From Clostridia bacterium (GTDB taxonomy: Bacteria > Bacillota > Clostridia > Christensenellales > UBA1242), in the NCBI GenBank assembly GCA_045538455.1, contig JAZSRL010000006.1, positions 131,690 to 195,689 of the forward strand: 64,000 nt of DNA. The letters run 5' to 3'. Under the pieces are notes generated by a model. It did no database searches. It was given only the letters and a program-made list of their open reading frames with translations, and had not been told where the DNA came from. Every line of letters starts with the position of its first letter. Positions within the stretch are counted from its first letter, which is position 1. A program made the translations under genes and the position numbers. Shown here one piece after another: positions 10,701 to 21,200 of this stretch.

Positions 10701-10712
10701 TTCTTTTTTCAT
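7680..10712 (-). CDS. ileS: Isoleucyl-tRNA synthetase (type-2-like)
   Basis: A 1010-aa class I aaRS. The HIGH region reads 'GPITANAPMCLHHGWGR'. 'FDAQGMWVEVEVEK' and 'WCPRCGTSLSEHE' are present, and the KMSKS equivalent is 'KFSKTG'. Confidence 0.85.
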   Translation of the reverse strand: MKKETTVFDFSHNYEPADILVRVKAKNKGKPKYNFLDGPITANAPMCLHHGWGRTLKDAYNRYNSLIGKEVDYVWGFDAQGMWVEVEVEKLLGLKSKKDIVDYGMDKFTEKCIERVNFFKDHQTKQSQIIEQLGDWDRSYITNSDQNITAIWNFLKVCNDKKMLKQSYKTMPWCPRCGTSLSEHEMTGSYKERTHKAVYVKAKLKNLNERVLVWTTTPWTLAANMAIAVNPEFTYCKCRVKSEENLIIVCETRIKVLRDDLIEVVEKVKGSDLVGLTYEPFLELTKQQFEHKIVAWDQVDEIDGSGAVHIAPGCGAEDFALGTKLNMKPIIIPVGENGVFYDEFEWLAGLTTVDCEEKVFQKLTENNTMYYHHDYTHNYPFCWRCKTDVIFRLVAGYDIATDGIRKDLLKAADTVNWTPAFMGKSMRQWLTDMGDWNISRRRFYGLPLPFYPCEKCGHLNVIGSREELRARAVDKTKVDAIPHLHRPYIDEVQITCEKCHEHVSRVADVGDCWLDAGIAPFSTKPKGEFKADMVLEMKEQIRLWFYAQLFMSVVLTGEAPYKNVVGYSTLVDEDGKKFSKTGPRKIYIEDMAAQYGTDVLRYTFASANPTLDMRFGDSIAEDAKRRLLAIWNAYVFYTTYAMVDKPDVKNYQPENLAPIDLWLVQLTNKYIQATRAAYDEFKTHQVVKLTDDFVEDISNFYIRVNRRRYWKNGEDQDKMNAYWCLFNALRSVVIVLTPLVPSYSQYLWENCFGEGEEPVMLANYPTPIKLKGKDHKVDLLNAVDFVKQVISLGLSLRAENQIAIKQPLSKLYVKSDRVDTINMFAAIIQEQLNVKNIEIVTDDDKFNVAYLTVNFKKAGAILKNRVQELKNILQSSHAMAEYVAKFDAGEKITIAGFDSLSPDLFDRKLAPRDGFVITSEDDVTVVLDTIITDELMLEGIARELIRSIQLERMNQKLDITDRIILEVKTADEKMYTAAHAHQPRIMREVLATDMKITKGTGENEILVRLA

Positions 10713-10751
10713 AAAAATTCCTTTTATACTAATTACAAATTATCACGATTC

Positions 10752-11480
10752 TTAATAACTTTCAATAATTTTAACCAAATCAATAATATCCGCATTGGTT
10801 AAAAAGCAAACAGGTGGTTCCATCGCGGTTCCGTTTTCTGTAATCAACACACCAGCAATTTTACGGTTATTATTAAAAATTGTTAAAACTTGCTCAATAG
10901 TTACACTTTTATTTGCAATGGTAAAATGCCCAGTTTGTGGATACATATGTAAATAATCTTCAATCGATGTTTTCCGTATAAACTGATCTAAATCACATTT
11001 ATCCAAGATGCCGGCTAAATCTTCAATCAACTTACGCCAACGAACAATCCCAATAAGACAACTTCCCTTATATGCTGGAATCATTCCATGACCAGTCTTC
11101 CCTGTTTCTTTAATTAAATCATACAAGCTACGCGACGCATCAATTGTTGCTACAGGTCGCGTATGTAAAATATCAACAACAACAGGCGGAGTTGTAATTA
11201 AAGCTGCAATTTTTTCCATTAAAGTAACAACATCTAAATGTGGCTCAGCAATGACTTTATTATTGTCACTACTGTGCACTATGGCATTACGCAAACGAGC
11301 AAAAGTAATTAAGTCATTTTCGTATCCACGAACGACATGATTAAGATCCGCGCAACGGCGAATTAAATCCGAAAAAGAAATTGTCGTCTTATAGTTATAC
11401 TGAACACGCAAAGCTTTATCAATTGCGTTGTACGCATCAAGAAATCGTGCGCCTAATGATTTTGGTGTTAAATTTGACAT
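10752..11480 (-). CDS. HEPN-like (Rx4H) domain fused to a tandem CBS pair
   Basis: The N-terminal ~95-aa helical region ends in 'FARLRNAIVHS' (R-x4-H). Two CBS-like modules follow ('VATIDASRSLYDLI...LIGIVRWRKLIEDL' and 'FTIANKSVTIEQVL...VCFLTNADIIDLV'). I set the start at ATG 11480; the track start is a GTG that overlaps a TATAAT box. Confidence 0.55.
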   Translation of the reverse strand: MSNLTPKSLGARFLDAYNAIDKALRVQYNYKTTISFSDLIRRCADLNHVVRGYENDLITFARLRNAIVHSSDNNKVIAEPHLDVVTLMEKIAALITTPPVVVDILHTRPVATIDASRSLYDLIKETGKTGHGMIPAYKGSCLIGIVRWRKLIEDLAGILDKCDLDQFIRKTSIEDYLHMYPQTGHFTIANKSVTIEQVLTIFNNNRKIAGVLITENGTAMEPPVCFLTNADIIDLVKIIESY

Positions 11481-11515
11481 ATCTTTATTATACACTTATA
11501 ATTTGCTGTGAGCAA
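11474..11515. promoter_or_regulatory. Face-to-face overlapping divergent promoters (rnr on +, HEPN-CBS on -)
   Basis: Plus strand: TTGACA (11474-11479), N17, TATAAT (11497-11502), 5 nt, GTG 11508. Minus strand: TTGCTC (11515-11510), N17, TATAAT (11492-11487), 6 nt, ATG 11480. Confidence 0.55.
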
Positions 11516-13217
11516 AATAGAAAATCGACTAACTGGTGAATTAACCGTAACATTAAAAGGTTATGGTTTTGTCGATATTAACACAAAAGACAACGATCGA
11601 AGCGATGACATCTTCATTGCCAAAGAAAATTTAAACGGTGCAATCGACGGAGATATCGTTGAGATTCGTTTTAAAAAGAAGAAATTCAAAGGTCGTCCCG
11701 ATGCTGAGGTTGTGCGTGTTATTGCACATCAAACACAACCGATGACAATTGAAGGCATCATGAAGAAATATAAAATTGTGCCACAATTTCCTGCACAGGT
11801 TTTACAAGAAGCCGAACGCGTAGCCAAGAAAGACCTTTCCGATTGCATGTATAATCGCTTAGATTTACGCGAAATTCCAATTTTTACAATTGATCCGGCC
11901 GATGCACGCGACTTAGATGATGCGGTTAGTTTAACCGACAACCAAAACGGTACATTGACTTTAGGTGTGCATATAGCAGATGTTTCCGAATATGTTAAAG
12001 CCGACAGTCTTTTAGATAAAGAAGCATACCGCCGTGGAACCAGTATCTACTTTCCCGACCGTGTTATTCCAATGCTTCCCACTCAATTATCAAATGGAGT
12101 CTGTTCATTAAACCCAAACGAACCCAGATTGACTTTATCAGTGTTTATGATTTTGGATGCTAATTACAATATGGTTGGCTATGAAATTAAGAAAACTTTA
12201 ATTCAAACTAATACGCGCTTTTCCTATGATGAAGTTCAAGATATTTTAGATGGCAATACAGATCATGCATTTAAAAATACTTTATTAAAAATGGCGGAAA
12301 TTACCCAAAAATTCGAACAAAATCGTCAAGAGCGTGGAGAAATTACATTTAATGTGCCAGAACCCAAAATTGTGTTAGATGAAAATGGACAAATCTCATC
12401 CGTATATTCACGCCCACATAAACTAAGTCACCGCATTATTGAAACATTTATGATTATGGCAAATGAAGTTGTGGCCGAACACTGTAATAAATTAAATTTA
12501 CCATTTGTTTATCGAATTCACGAAAAACCAGACCCAATCAAAGTTATCCGCTTTTTGAATACATTAAAACCATTTGAAATTAGACATCAAATTGATTTTG
12601 AAAATACAAATGGTTTTCAATACCAAGACATGCTTGACGGGATTACCGATGAAAACATGAAAATCATTGTTTCAAGTTTAGCACTCCGCTCCATGCAAAA
12701 AGCCAAATATGACCCAAATTGCATCGGACACTTTGCTTTGGGCGCTACCTATTATTGCCACTTTACTTCCCCAATTCGCCGTTATCCAGATTTATTAATT
12801 CACCGCATTATTAAAATGCACTTAGACAATCAATTAAATGCGCAACAAATCGGTCGAATGAAACCTTATGTTGTTGCTGCAAGTTTGCAATCATCACAAA
12901 CCGAACTTGATGCTGTGGCTGCAGAACGCGAAGTAGACGATTTAAAATGCGCAGAATATATGCAAAAACATATTGGTGAAACTTTTGAAGGCGTTGTTAA
13001 CGGCATTACAGACTTTGGTGTATTTGTTTATATTCCCGCGAACACAGCCGAAGGTTTAGTCCGTATTGAAAATTTACCAGACGACCAATATTATTTCCAT
13101 GAAGGTACCATGCAAATGCTAGGCAAGAAATCCAAAATCCGTATCGGCGACCCTATTAAAGTTACCGTCATTGGTGTCAATTTACACAAGTGCAAAATTG
13201 AATTTACAGCAAAATAA
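11508..13217 (+). CDS. rnr: RNase R / RNase II-family 3'-5' exoribonuclease (short form)
   Basis: RNB catalytic motif 'FTIDPADARDLDDAVS' and a C-terminal S1 domain ('FEGVVNGITDFGVFVYI'). The protein is 569 aa. GTG is the only available start. Confidence 0.85.
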   Translation: MSKIENRLTGELTVTLKGYGFVDINTKDNDRSDDIFIAKENLNGAIDGDIVEIRFKKKKFKGRPDAEVVRVIAHQTQPMTIEGIMKKYKIVPQFPAQVLQEAERVAKKDLSDCMYNRLDLREIPIFTIDPADARDLDDAVSLTDNQNGTLTLGVHIADVSEYVKADSLLDKEAYRRGTSIYFPDRVIPMLPTQLSNGVCSLNPNEPRLTLSVFMILDANYNMVGYEIKKTLIQTNTRFSYDEVQDILDGNTDHAFKNTLLKMAEITQKFEQNRQERGEITFNVPEPKIVLDENGQISSVYSRPHKLSHRIIETFMIMANEVVAEHCNKLNLPFVYRIHEKPDPIKVIRFLNTLKPFEIRHQIDFENTNGFQYQDMLDGITDENMKIIVSSLALRSMQKAKYDPNCIGHFALGATYYCHFTSPIRRYPDLLIHRIIKMHLDNQLNAQQIGRMKPYVVAASLQSSQTELDAVAAEREVDDLKCAEYMQKHIGETFEGVVNGITDFGVFVYIPANTAEGLVRIENLPDDQYYFHEGTMQMLGKKSKIRIGDPIKVTVIGVNLHKCKIEFTAK

Positions 13218-13218
13218 C

Positions 13219-13255
13219 AAAAATAGAGTTAATTTTCTAACTCTATTTTTGTTTT
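13219..13255. terminator. Bidirectional rho-independent terminator between convergent rnr and the lipoprotein gene
   Basis: Arms AAAAATAGAGTT (13219-13230) and AACTCTATTTTT (13239-13250) flank an 8-nt loop. T-runs follow on both strands. Confidence 0.75.
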
Positions 13256-14225
13256 AATTAGACATGAAATTTATAGTTAATTCATATGTTTTACCATCAG
13301 ATTCTACGGTATTAATGACACTATAATACGTCATAATCCATGTGGTACTTTTGTCTAAAACACAAAGTTGATGACCACTCCAAAAAATAGGAATCTCAAT
13401 AAAATAACTACCTAATTCACATTTAACATCAAATACAAAAGAATCTTCAGTAAGTTTTGTAATATTAGTTGTATAAGCAACCTCACCACCTGAAAGTTGT
13501 ATATTACCAATCGCATATTCATATACAACACTGGCGCTATCTTCCATGTCGCTCAGCGATGGAACTAACTTACTTACAGAAACAAATTCCGAAGATGTTA
13601 AAATCTGTTCCAAATTATCTTCAAAAACTTCTATCTGGGAACTATCAACAAGATAGTAAAAATACCCTGCAAAACTATTACAAGCTGTGTAAATAGTCTG
13701 TTTCGGATTTATGATATCTTCAAGTTTTATTTGAATGGTTTGCTCTTTCGAGTAAGGCTTTCCGTCCATTTCCCAATGTGTAAAATCGGAATCGCCAGCT
13801 GTCATTGTAATATTTTTACCATCAAACTCAACTGCCGCATTTTCAACGATAATCGGAATAAAAACCGCAGTTATAATTTTATTCTCTATTGCGGGAAAAC
13901 TTTCCAATCTACTATATTTATTACTCGAACCCTGAATATAATCTCCATCTACACCTAAAATCATTCCATCACCATCTACTTCCCAATGGCTAAACATACA
14001 ACCTTCTTTAGGAAGTGCTTCTATATAAACCTTTTCATTGTCAAAATAATTACCACTACCTGAAGCAGTTCCCCATTCAAGATTATTTGATTTTACAGTT
14101 ATCGATCTAACTTCACTTGTTTCACGTGAAGGCAAAAAACTGCAGGCACTAAAGATAAAAGAACTACTGATACATAAAACTAAGACAAAGATTGTACATA
14201 AAAATTTTTTAACATTTATTTTCAT
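13254..14225 (-). CDS. Lipoprotein with InlB-B-repeat/Flg_new-like modules
   Basis: Signal peptide plus lipobox 'IFSAC'. 'GTASGSGNYFDNEKVYIEALPKEGCMFSHWEVDG' and 'FTHWEMDG' resemble divergent InlB B-repeat modules, from memory. SD AAGGA upstream. Confidence 0.65.
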   Translation of the reverse strand: MKINVKKFLCTIFVLVLCISSSFIFSACSFLPSRETSEVRSITVKSNNLEWGTASGSGNYFDNEKVYIEALPKEGCMFSHWEVDGDGMILGVDGDYIQGSSNKYSRLESFPAIENKIITAVFIPIIVENAAVEFDGKNITMTAGDSDFTHWEMDGKPYSKEQTIQIKLEDIINPKQTIYTACNSFAGYFYYLVDSSQIEVFEDNLEQILTSSEFVSVSKLVPSLSDMEDSASVVYEYAIGNIQLSGGEVAYTTNITKLTEDSFVFDVKCELGSYFIEIPIFWSGHQLCVLDKSTTWIMTYYSVINTVESDGKTYELTINFMSN

Positions 14226-14252
14226 AATTATTCCTTTTTCTTAAAGTATACA

Positions 14253-14278
14253 ATTATAAAAAAAAAAACATTTGTCAA
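14253..14278 (-). promoter_or_regulatory. Candidate lipoprotein promoter with a T11 tract in a 14-nt spacer
   Basis: Minus strand: TTGACA (14278-14273), AATG plus T-run, TATAAT (14258-14253). The plus strand shows A11 at 14258-14268. The spacer is only 14 nt at this tract length. Confidence 0.4.
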
Positions 14279-14293
14279 TAAATTATACACATT

Positions 14294-14321
14294 AAAAACA
14301 CATCAGTATTGATGTGTTTTT
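14294..14321 (-). terminator. Rho-independent terminator after the secG-like gene
   Basis: Arms ACACATC (14298-14304) and GATGTGT (14311-14317) flank a 6-nt loop. A/T runs flank the stem. Confidence 0.65.
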
Positions 14322-14354
14322 AATGCTTATTGAAATGAAATCTTTTTATTAAAT

Positions 14355-14678
14355 TTAAGCAGCAGCGCCAGACATATTGAAGATACCGAACAAGATGAAG
14401 AAGATAATCGTTAAGACAGCAATTGAAACTGCACAAACGATAATCAAGTTACGGATACGGCCAAGATTATTTTTATTACGATTCTTGGTGTAATAACTTT
14501 CACTTGCTCCGGTAATAGCATTGTTGCCGCTTGCAGAATCCGATGGTGATACCAAAATACCAATAATCATCACAATACTTAATAAACTAATTAAGCCGAT
14601 GATAATTCCTTGGATAATTGGAAAGCTATCAGCAATCCATTTTGGCATATTTGTTGGTGCTAATAAATTATTTAACAT
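14355..14678 (-). CDS. secG: Probable preprotein translocase subunit SecG
   Basis: Two TM helices flank a Gly/Ser loop. '[26 protein letters not shown]...[13 protein letters not shown]' aligns by eye with B. subtilis SecG 'VVLLQSSKSAGLSGAISGGAEQLFG...LHRITVVLAV'. Confidence 0.55.
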   Translation of the reverse strand: MLNNLLAPTNMPKWIADSFPIIQGIIIGLISLLSIVMIIGILVSPSDSASGNNAITGASESYYTKNRNKNNLGRIRNLIIVCAVSIAVLTIIFFILFGIFNMSGAAA

Positions 14679-17600
14679 TTTTGTACCCTACATTTTGATA
14701 AAATTTCATACCAGTTCCGGCTGGGATTAACTTACCAAAGATAACATTTTCTTTGAGACCTTGTAAGTAGTCAACTTTGTTTTTAACCGCAGCATCGACC
14801 AATACAGAACTGGTTTCTTGGAAGGAAGCCGCCGACAAGAAGCTGTCAGTGCGTAAAGCAGCTTTAGTAATTGACAACAAGACACGCGTTGCTCGCGCAG
14901 GACGCTTACCTTCGTTAATTGCCAACAAGTTCTTATGTTCAAATTCAATAACATTAACGACTGAACCAATTTGGAAGTCGGTATCACCTGCATCTTCAAT
15001 TTTAACTTTTTTCAACATTTGTCTTACAATGATTTCCAAGTGTTTATTGTTAATTGAAATATCTTGTGTTTTATAAACCTTGATAATTTCAGTAATTAAG
15101 TAATCTTGCACGGCTTTGATACCTTTATTACGCAAAATATCGTGTGGATTGAAGACACCTTCGGTCAAAGCTGAACCTGGCTCTACGACATCACCTTTCT
15201 TAGCAATAACTTTCATACTTGCTGGGATTAAGTATGGAACTTCTTTGCCTTCATTTGTTTTAATAACAACTTCAACGCGCTTTTCAACTTGGTTAACAGC
15301 AATAATTGTACCACCGACATCACTAACCAACGCAACACCCTTTGGTACGCGTGCTTCCAAGATTTCTTCGACACGAGGCAAACCTTCGGTAATGTTGGAC
15401 ATAGCAATACCACCACTGTGTTTGGTACGCATGGTTAACTGTGTACCAGGTTCACCAATAGATTGTGCAGCAATAATACCAACAGGTTCACCAACACTAA
15501 CTAATCCATGTCCGCTCATATCGCGACCATAACATTTTGCACAAATACCATGCTTACATTTACAGGTCAAGACGCTACGAACTTCGACTTCTTTAATACC
15601 AATTGCTTCAATATAATCCGCAACATCATCGGTAATCATTGTATCAGCAGGCACCAAAACTTTTTTAGTGGTTGGATCAACAATATCACGAACGGAATAA
15701 CGACCTTTAATACGGCTAGCCAAGTGTTTAACATAACCATCCATACGCAATTCGGTCATAACCATACCCTTTGGTTTTTCACCCAAAGTTGCGAAACAGT
15801 CTTTTTCTGTAACAATAACATCTTGTGCGACATCAACCAAACGACGAGTTAAGTAACCAGCATCTGATGTTTTCAAAGCGGTATCAGCCAAACCTTTACG
15901 ACCACCACGAGATGACAAGAAGTATTCTAACGGCGACAATCCCAAACGATAGCAGCCTTTAGTTGGAACGTCTTCTTTACGACCAGAAACGTTAGCAATA
16001 ATACCACGCATACCAGACAACTGCATAATCTGTTTATTAGAACCACGCGCACCAGATGTAGCCATCATACGAATTGGATTGGTTTGACCTAAGACACTAA
16101 TAACATCATTTTGAATGCGGTCAGTTGCATCTTTCCATAACGCAATGTTGCGGTCTAATTTTTCATCCAAGCTCAACTCACCTTCTGCATAAGCTTTTTC
16201 GATTTTCTTAACTTTTGCTTCGGTGTCTTTAATGATTTGTTCACGATCGGCAGGAATAGTTGCATCGAAAACAGACAATGAAATTGAACCCAAGGTTGAA
16301 TATTTGAAACCAACAGCTTTAATCTTATCAATTGATTCACTAGTTACAGTTGCACCATGAGTTTCAAAGATTTTAACAATTAAATTATTGATATCTTTTT
16401 TAACAACTTCTTTATTGAATTCATATGCAAATTTATTTTCTGGTTTGCTGCGGTCTACAATACCAATATCTTGTGGGAAGCATTGGTTAAATAAGATGCG
16501 ACCAACAGTTGTTTCTACACGACCAAATTCTTCAACTTCATCAAGATTACCTTCGATTTCAAAGTTTGAACGACGAACTTGAATTTTTGCATGTAAATCC
16601 AACTCACCAACATTGTAAGCGTAAATAGCTTCGTTTTCATCTTTAAATACGCTACCTTCACCCTTTGCACCATCGATTTGTTGTGTCATATAATAACAAC
16701 CCAAAATAATATCCTGTGTTGGTGTAACAACAGATTTTGAGTCACTTGGTTTCAAAATGTTATTTGAAGCCAACATCAAGACACGGGCTTCAGCTTGTGC
16801 TTCTGGAGACAATGGAACATGGACAGTCATTTGGTCACCGTCGAAGTCGGCGTTGAATGCGGTACAAACTAATGGGTGTAAACGAATTGCGCGTCCATCA
16901 ACCAAGACTGGTTCGAAAGCTTGAATTGATAATTTGTGCAATGTAGGTTGACGGTTTAACAAAACTGGATGATCGCGGACAACTTCTTCCAAGATATCCC
17001 AAACTTGTGGTTTTTCACGCTCAATTAAGCGTTTTGCACTACGGCTGTGGTGAGCCAATCCCATATCAACCAATTTTTTCATAACGAATGGTTTGAAAAG
17101 TTCCAAAGCCATTTCTTTTGGTAAACCAACTTGGTAGTGTTTTAATTCTGGACCAACAACGATAACAGTACGGCCCGAATAGTCCACGCGCTTACCTAAC
17201 AAGTTGTTACGGAAACGACCCTGTTTACCACGCAAACCTTCTGCCAAAGATTTCAATGGACGACCTTTTGCACCTTGAACAGGTTTACCACGACGACCAT
17301 TATCAATCAAAGCATCAACAGCTTCTTGCAACATGCGTTTTTCGTTACGAATAATAACTTCTGGAGCACCTAAAGAAATTAATTTTTTCAAACGATTGTT
17401 ACGGTTAATAACACGACGATACAAATCGTTAACATCTGTCGTAGCGAAACGACCACCATCAATTTGAACCATAGGACGCAATTCCGGTGGAGTAACTGGC
17501 AACACATCCAAGACCATCCATTCTGGACGACTGCCGCTGTTTTTGAATGATTCAAGTAAATCTAAGCGTTTAATTGCTTTTTCGCGTTTAGTACCTTTAC

Positions 17601-18195
17601 CCTTCGCGATGATTTCATTACACTCTTTAATTTCTTTATCTAAATCGAGTGAAGCCAACATAGTTTTGATTGCTTCAGCACCCATACCAGATTTAAAAGA
17701 TTCGGTACCAAATTTTTCCCATGCTTCGTGCAATTCTCGGTCAGATAAGATTTGTCCATATGATAAAGTAGTTTTACCTGGATCAGTTACAACGAAGGAA
17801 ACAAAATAAATAACTTGTTCCAAATTTTTGATAGTCATATTCAACAAAGTTCCGATCTTTGACATAATACCCTTGAAGTACCATATATGAACTACTGGAG
17901 CAGCCAATTCAATATGTCCCATGCGTTCACGGCGTACGATAGAGCGAGTAACCTCAACACCGCACTTATCACAGACAGTACCTTTGTAGCGGATTAATTT
18001 ATATTTTCCGCAAGAACATTGCCAGTCTTTTTTAGGCCCGAAAATACGCTCGCAGAACAAACCGTCTTTTTCAGGTTTTTGGGTATGATAGTTAATGGTT
18101 TTTGGTTTTGTAACTTCACCATGACTCCATTCCCTAATTTTGTCTGGGCTGGCGATACCAATCTTTAAACTTTCAAAATTATTTAATTCAAACAT
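14668..18195 (-). CDS. rpoC: DNA-directed RNA polymerase subunit beta'
   Basis: 'NADFDGDQM' catalytic loop, N-terminal zinc motif 'CSCGKYK...CDKCGVEV', 1175 aa. Confidence 0.97.
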   Translation of the reverse strand: MFELNNFESLKIGIASPDKIREWSHGEVTKPKTINYHTQKPEKDGLFCERIFGPKKDWQCSCGKYKLIRYKGTVCDKCGVEVTRSIVRRERMGHIELAAPVVHIWYFKGIMSKIGTLLNMTIKNLEQVIYFVSFVVTDPGKTTLSYGQILSDRELHEAWEKFGTESFKSGMGAEAIKTMLASLDLDKEIKECNEIIAKGKGTKREKAIKRLDLLESFKNSGSRPEWMVLDVLPVTPPELRPMVQIDGGRFATTDVNDLYRRVINRNNRLKKLISLGAPEVIIRNEKRMLQEAVDALIDNGRRGKPVQGAKGRPLKSLAEGLRGKQGRFRNNLLGKRVDYSGRTVIVVGPELKHYQVGLPKEMALELFKPFVMKKLVDMGLAHHSRSAKRLIEREKPQVWDILEEVVRDHPVLLNRQPTLHKLSIQAFEPVLVDGRAIRLHPLVCTAFNADFDGDQMTVHVPLSPEAQAEARVLMLASNNILKPSDSKSVVTPTQDIILGCYYMTQQIDGAKGEGSVFKDENEAIYAYNVGELDLHAKIQVRRSNFEIEGNLDEVEEFGRVETTVGRILFNQCFPQDIGIVDRSKPENKFAYEFNKEVVKKDINNLIVKIFETHGATVTSESIDKIKAVGFKYSTLGSISLSVFDATIPADREQIIKDTEAKVKKIEKAYAEGELSLDEKLDRNIALWKDATDRIQNDVISVLGQTNPIRMMATSGARGSNKQIMQLSGMRGIIANVSGRKEDVPTKGCYRLGLSPLEYFLSSRGGRKGLADTALKTSDAGYLTRRLVDVAQDVIVTEKDCFATLGEKPKGMVMTELRMDGYVKHLASRIKGRYSVRDIVDPTTKKVLVPADTMITDDVADYIEAIGIKEVEVRSVLTCKCKHGICAKCYGRDMSGHGLVSVGEPVGIIAAQSIGEPGTQLTMRTKHSGGIAMSNITEGLPRVEEILEARVPKGVALVSDVGGTIIAVNQVEKRVEVVIKTNEGKEVPYLIPASMKVIAKKGDVVEPGSALTEGVFNPHDILRNKGIKAVQDYLITEIIKVYKTQDISINNKHLEIIVRQMLKKVKIEDAGDTDFQIGSVVNVIEFEHKNLLAINEGKRPARATRVLLSITKAALRTDSFLSAASFQETSSVLVDAAVKNKVDYLQGLKENVIFGKLIPAGTGMKFYQNVGYKNVK

Positions 18196-18209
18196 TTTCC
18201 TTCTCCTTA

Positions 18210-21200
18210 TTATTCCTCAAACAAATTTTCGATATCGAACATTTCTAAATCTTTTTCAGCTGGCTCTTCAATTAATTCTTCATCAAATTTAATTTCTGCT
18301 TCCTCTGCTTCTTGATTCTCTGCATCATTATTTGCCAACATTTCAGTATCGTCAACTCCGGTATCAATTTTTTCTAATTCAACTTCTTTCTTGTCAGCTG
18401 TGTAAATACCTACATCGAAACCAAGACCTTGTAATTCACGAATCATAACCTTACTTGCTTCTGGAATTCCCGGTTCTGGTAATTTTGTACCATTAACGAT
18501 TGCCACATATGTTTTTGTACGACCTTGAACATCGTCAGATTTTACGGTTAACATTTCTTGCAAGATGTGTGCGGCACCGTAAGCTTCCAATGCCCAAACT
18601 TCCATTTCACCCATACGCTGACCACCGAATTGAGCTTTACCACCCAATGGTTGTTGTGTTACCAAACTATAAGCACCAGTTGAACGAGCATGGATTTTGG
18701 TATCAACCATGTGATGCAATTTTAACATATACATATAACCAACGGTTGTACGGTTTTGGAATGGTTCGCCAGTACGACCATCATACAATTGCATTTTACC
18801 ATCTTCGGGTAAACCGTTTTGGCGAAGTAATTCTTGGATGTCGTTTTCGTTAGCACCATTGAAAACAGGTGTTGCAACTTTCCATCCTAATGTCTTAGCG
18901 ACTAAACCTAAAGAAACTTCCAACAACTGACCAATATTCAAACGAGAAGGAACACCCAATGGGTTTAAGACGATATCAACCGGTGTACCATCAGCCATAT
19001 AAGGCATATCTTCAACAGGCAAGATTTTTGATACAATACCTTTGTTACCGTGACGACCAGTCATCTTATCACCGACTTTAATGTTACGCTTTTGAGCGAT
19101 AGTAACTTTAATAACTTCGTTAACGCCAACATCCATTTCGTCATGGTTTTTACGGCTAAAGCATTCAACAGCAACAACAACACCGTCTTTACCGTTTTCT
19201 ACGCGTAATGACGCGTCACGAACTTCACGAGATTTTTCACCAAAAATTGCGCGCAATAAACGCTCTTCTGGTGTTAATTCAGATTCACCTTTTGGTGTAA
19301 CTTTACCAACCAGAATATCACCAGTACGAACAAATGAACCAACACGAACAATACCGCGTTCATCCAAGTTTGCTAATGCATCTTCACTTAAGTTTGGAAT
19401 ATCGCGAGTAATTTCTTCGTCACCCAACTTAGTTGTACGAACTTTACATTCTTTCAAGTGCAACGCAATAGAAGTAAATTTATCTTCTTTAACAACTCTT
19501 TCGGAAATCAAGATTGCATCTTCGAAGTTATACCCTTCCCAGTTCATGTAAGCAACGCACATATTTTTACCAATTGCCAATTCACCATTATTGGTTGCAT
19601 AACCATCGGTAATAACTTCTCCCGCTTTAACTTTGTCGCCTTTACGAACAATAGGTTTTTGGTTAATACATGCTTCTTCGTTGTAACGAGTAAATTTGGT
19701 TAATTTATAAAAATCATGTTCATGATTATCATCGCGCTCAATAACGATTTGGTCTGCTGTTACAGAAACAACTGTACCATTTGCTTTGGCTGTTAACATC
19801 ACATTGCTATCCAAAGCAGCACGATATTCCAAACCTGTTGCAACCAATGGAGCTTCAGTACGAATTAACGAAACTGCTTGGCGTTGCATATTTGAACCCA
19901 ACAATGCACGACCCGTATCATCATTATTCAAGAAAGGAATCAATGCCGTTGCCAATGAAATAAACTGACGAGGACTTGCGTCAACATAATCAACGCTTTC
20001 ACGAGGCATATCCAAAACCACATCGCGATGACGACAAGTAACAAATTCACGAGCCAAGCGACCGTCTTCGGTCAATGGTTCGGTACCTTGTGCGACATAG
20101 AATGCATCTTCTTCATCAGCTGTCAAATAATCAACAATGTCGGTAACCTTACCAGTAGCTTTATCGACACGACGCAATGGAGCGGTAATAAAACCATATT
20201 CATTAATGCGTGCGTACATAGCCAAGCTGTTAACCAAACCAATTGATTGACCTTCTGGTGTTTCAACCGCACAAAGACGACTGTTATGGGTATAGTGCAA
20301 GTCACGAACTTCACTGGTTGCGCGTTCTTTAACAATACCACCTGGACCAACAGCTGTAATTTTGCGTTTTTGCGTAATCTCTGTTAACGGATTATTAGTA
20401 TCCATCACATGTGATAATTGAGATACAGCACAGAAGTCACGCAATGAACGAGTAATTGCTTTTGCGTTAATAATGTTCAATGGATTAATTGCCTTACTGT
20501 TAATTTCCATTGTTTGCATGGTTTCGCGCATATTGTTGCGTAATTTCAACATACCATCTTTAAAGTGACGAGCCATTAAGTCACCAACGGTATTCAAACG
20601 ACGATTACCTAAGTGGTCGATGTTATCTTCGTAACCTACTCCATCACTCATATTTAATAAATAAGAAACAGATGCAATAATATCATCACGATGTAAGTGA
20701 CGCATTACCAAATCCTTCGCATTTTCTTTAACAGCTTTAATCTTTTCAGCTTTGGTTGTTTTACCTTCTAATACTTTCAATAAAGTTGGATAGTGAACCA
20801 ATTCTTTAATTCCAGTATCAAATTCAGTACAATCCAAGTAAGCATTAACATTAACACGGTTGTTACCAATAACTTGAACTGCATCACCCAATTCGTTTTT
20901 AATTGTAACAACATTAATACCAGCGTTTTGGATTTTATCCGCCATTTGTTTGTCGATTTCTGTATCATGCGGGACAACAACTTTACCGTTAATTTTAATA
21001 TCTTCTGCGGCAATATGTTTCAAGATACGAGTACTAATACACAATTTTTTATTGAATTTATAACGACCAACAACCGCTAAGTCGTAGTTCGGGAAAGTAA
21101 AGAACATATTGTTCAAACCAGATTCCATAACATCTGCATTTGGCAATTCAGATGGACGCATTTTGCGAGATAATTCAAGCAATGCTTTTTCTTTAGAAAT

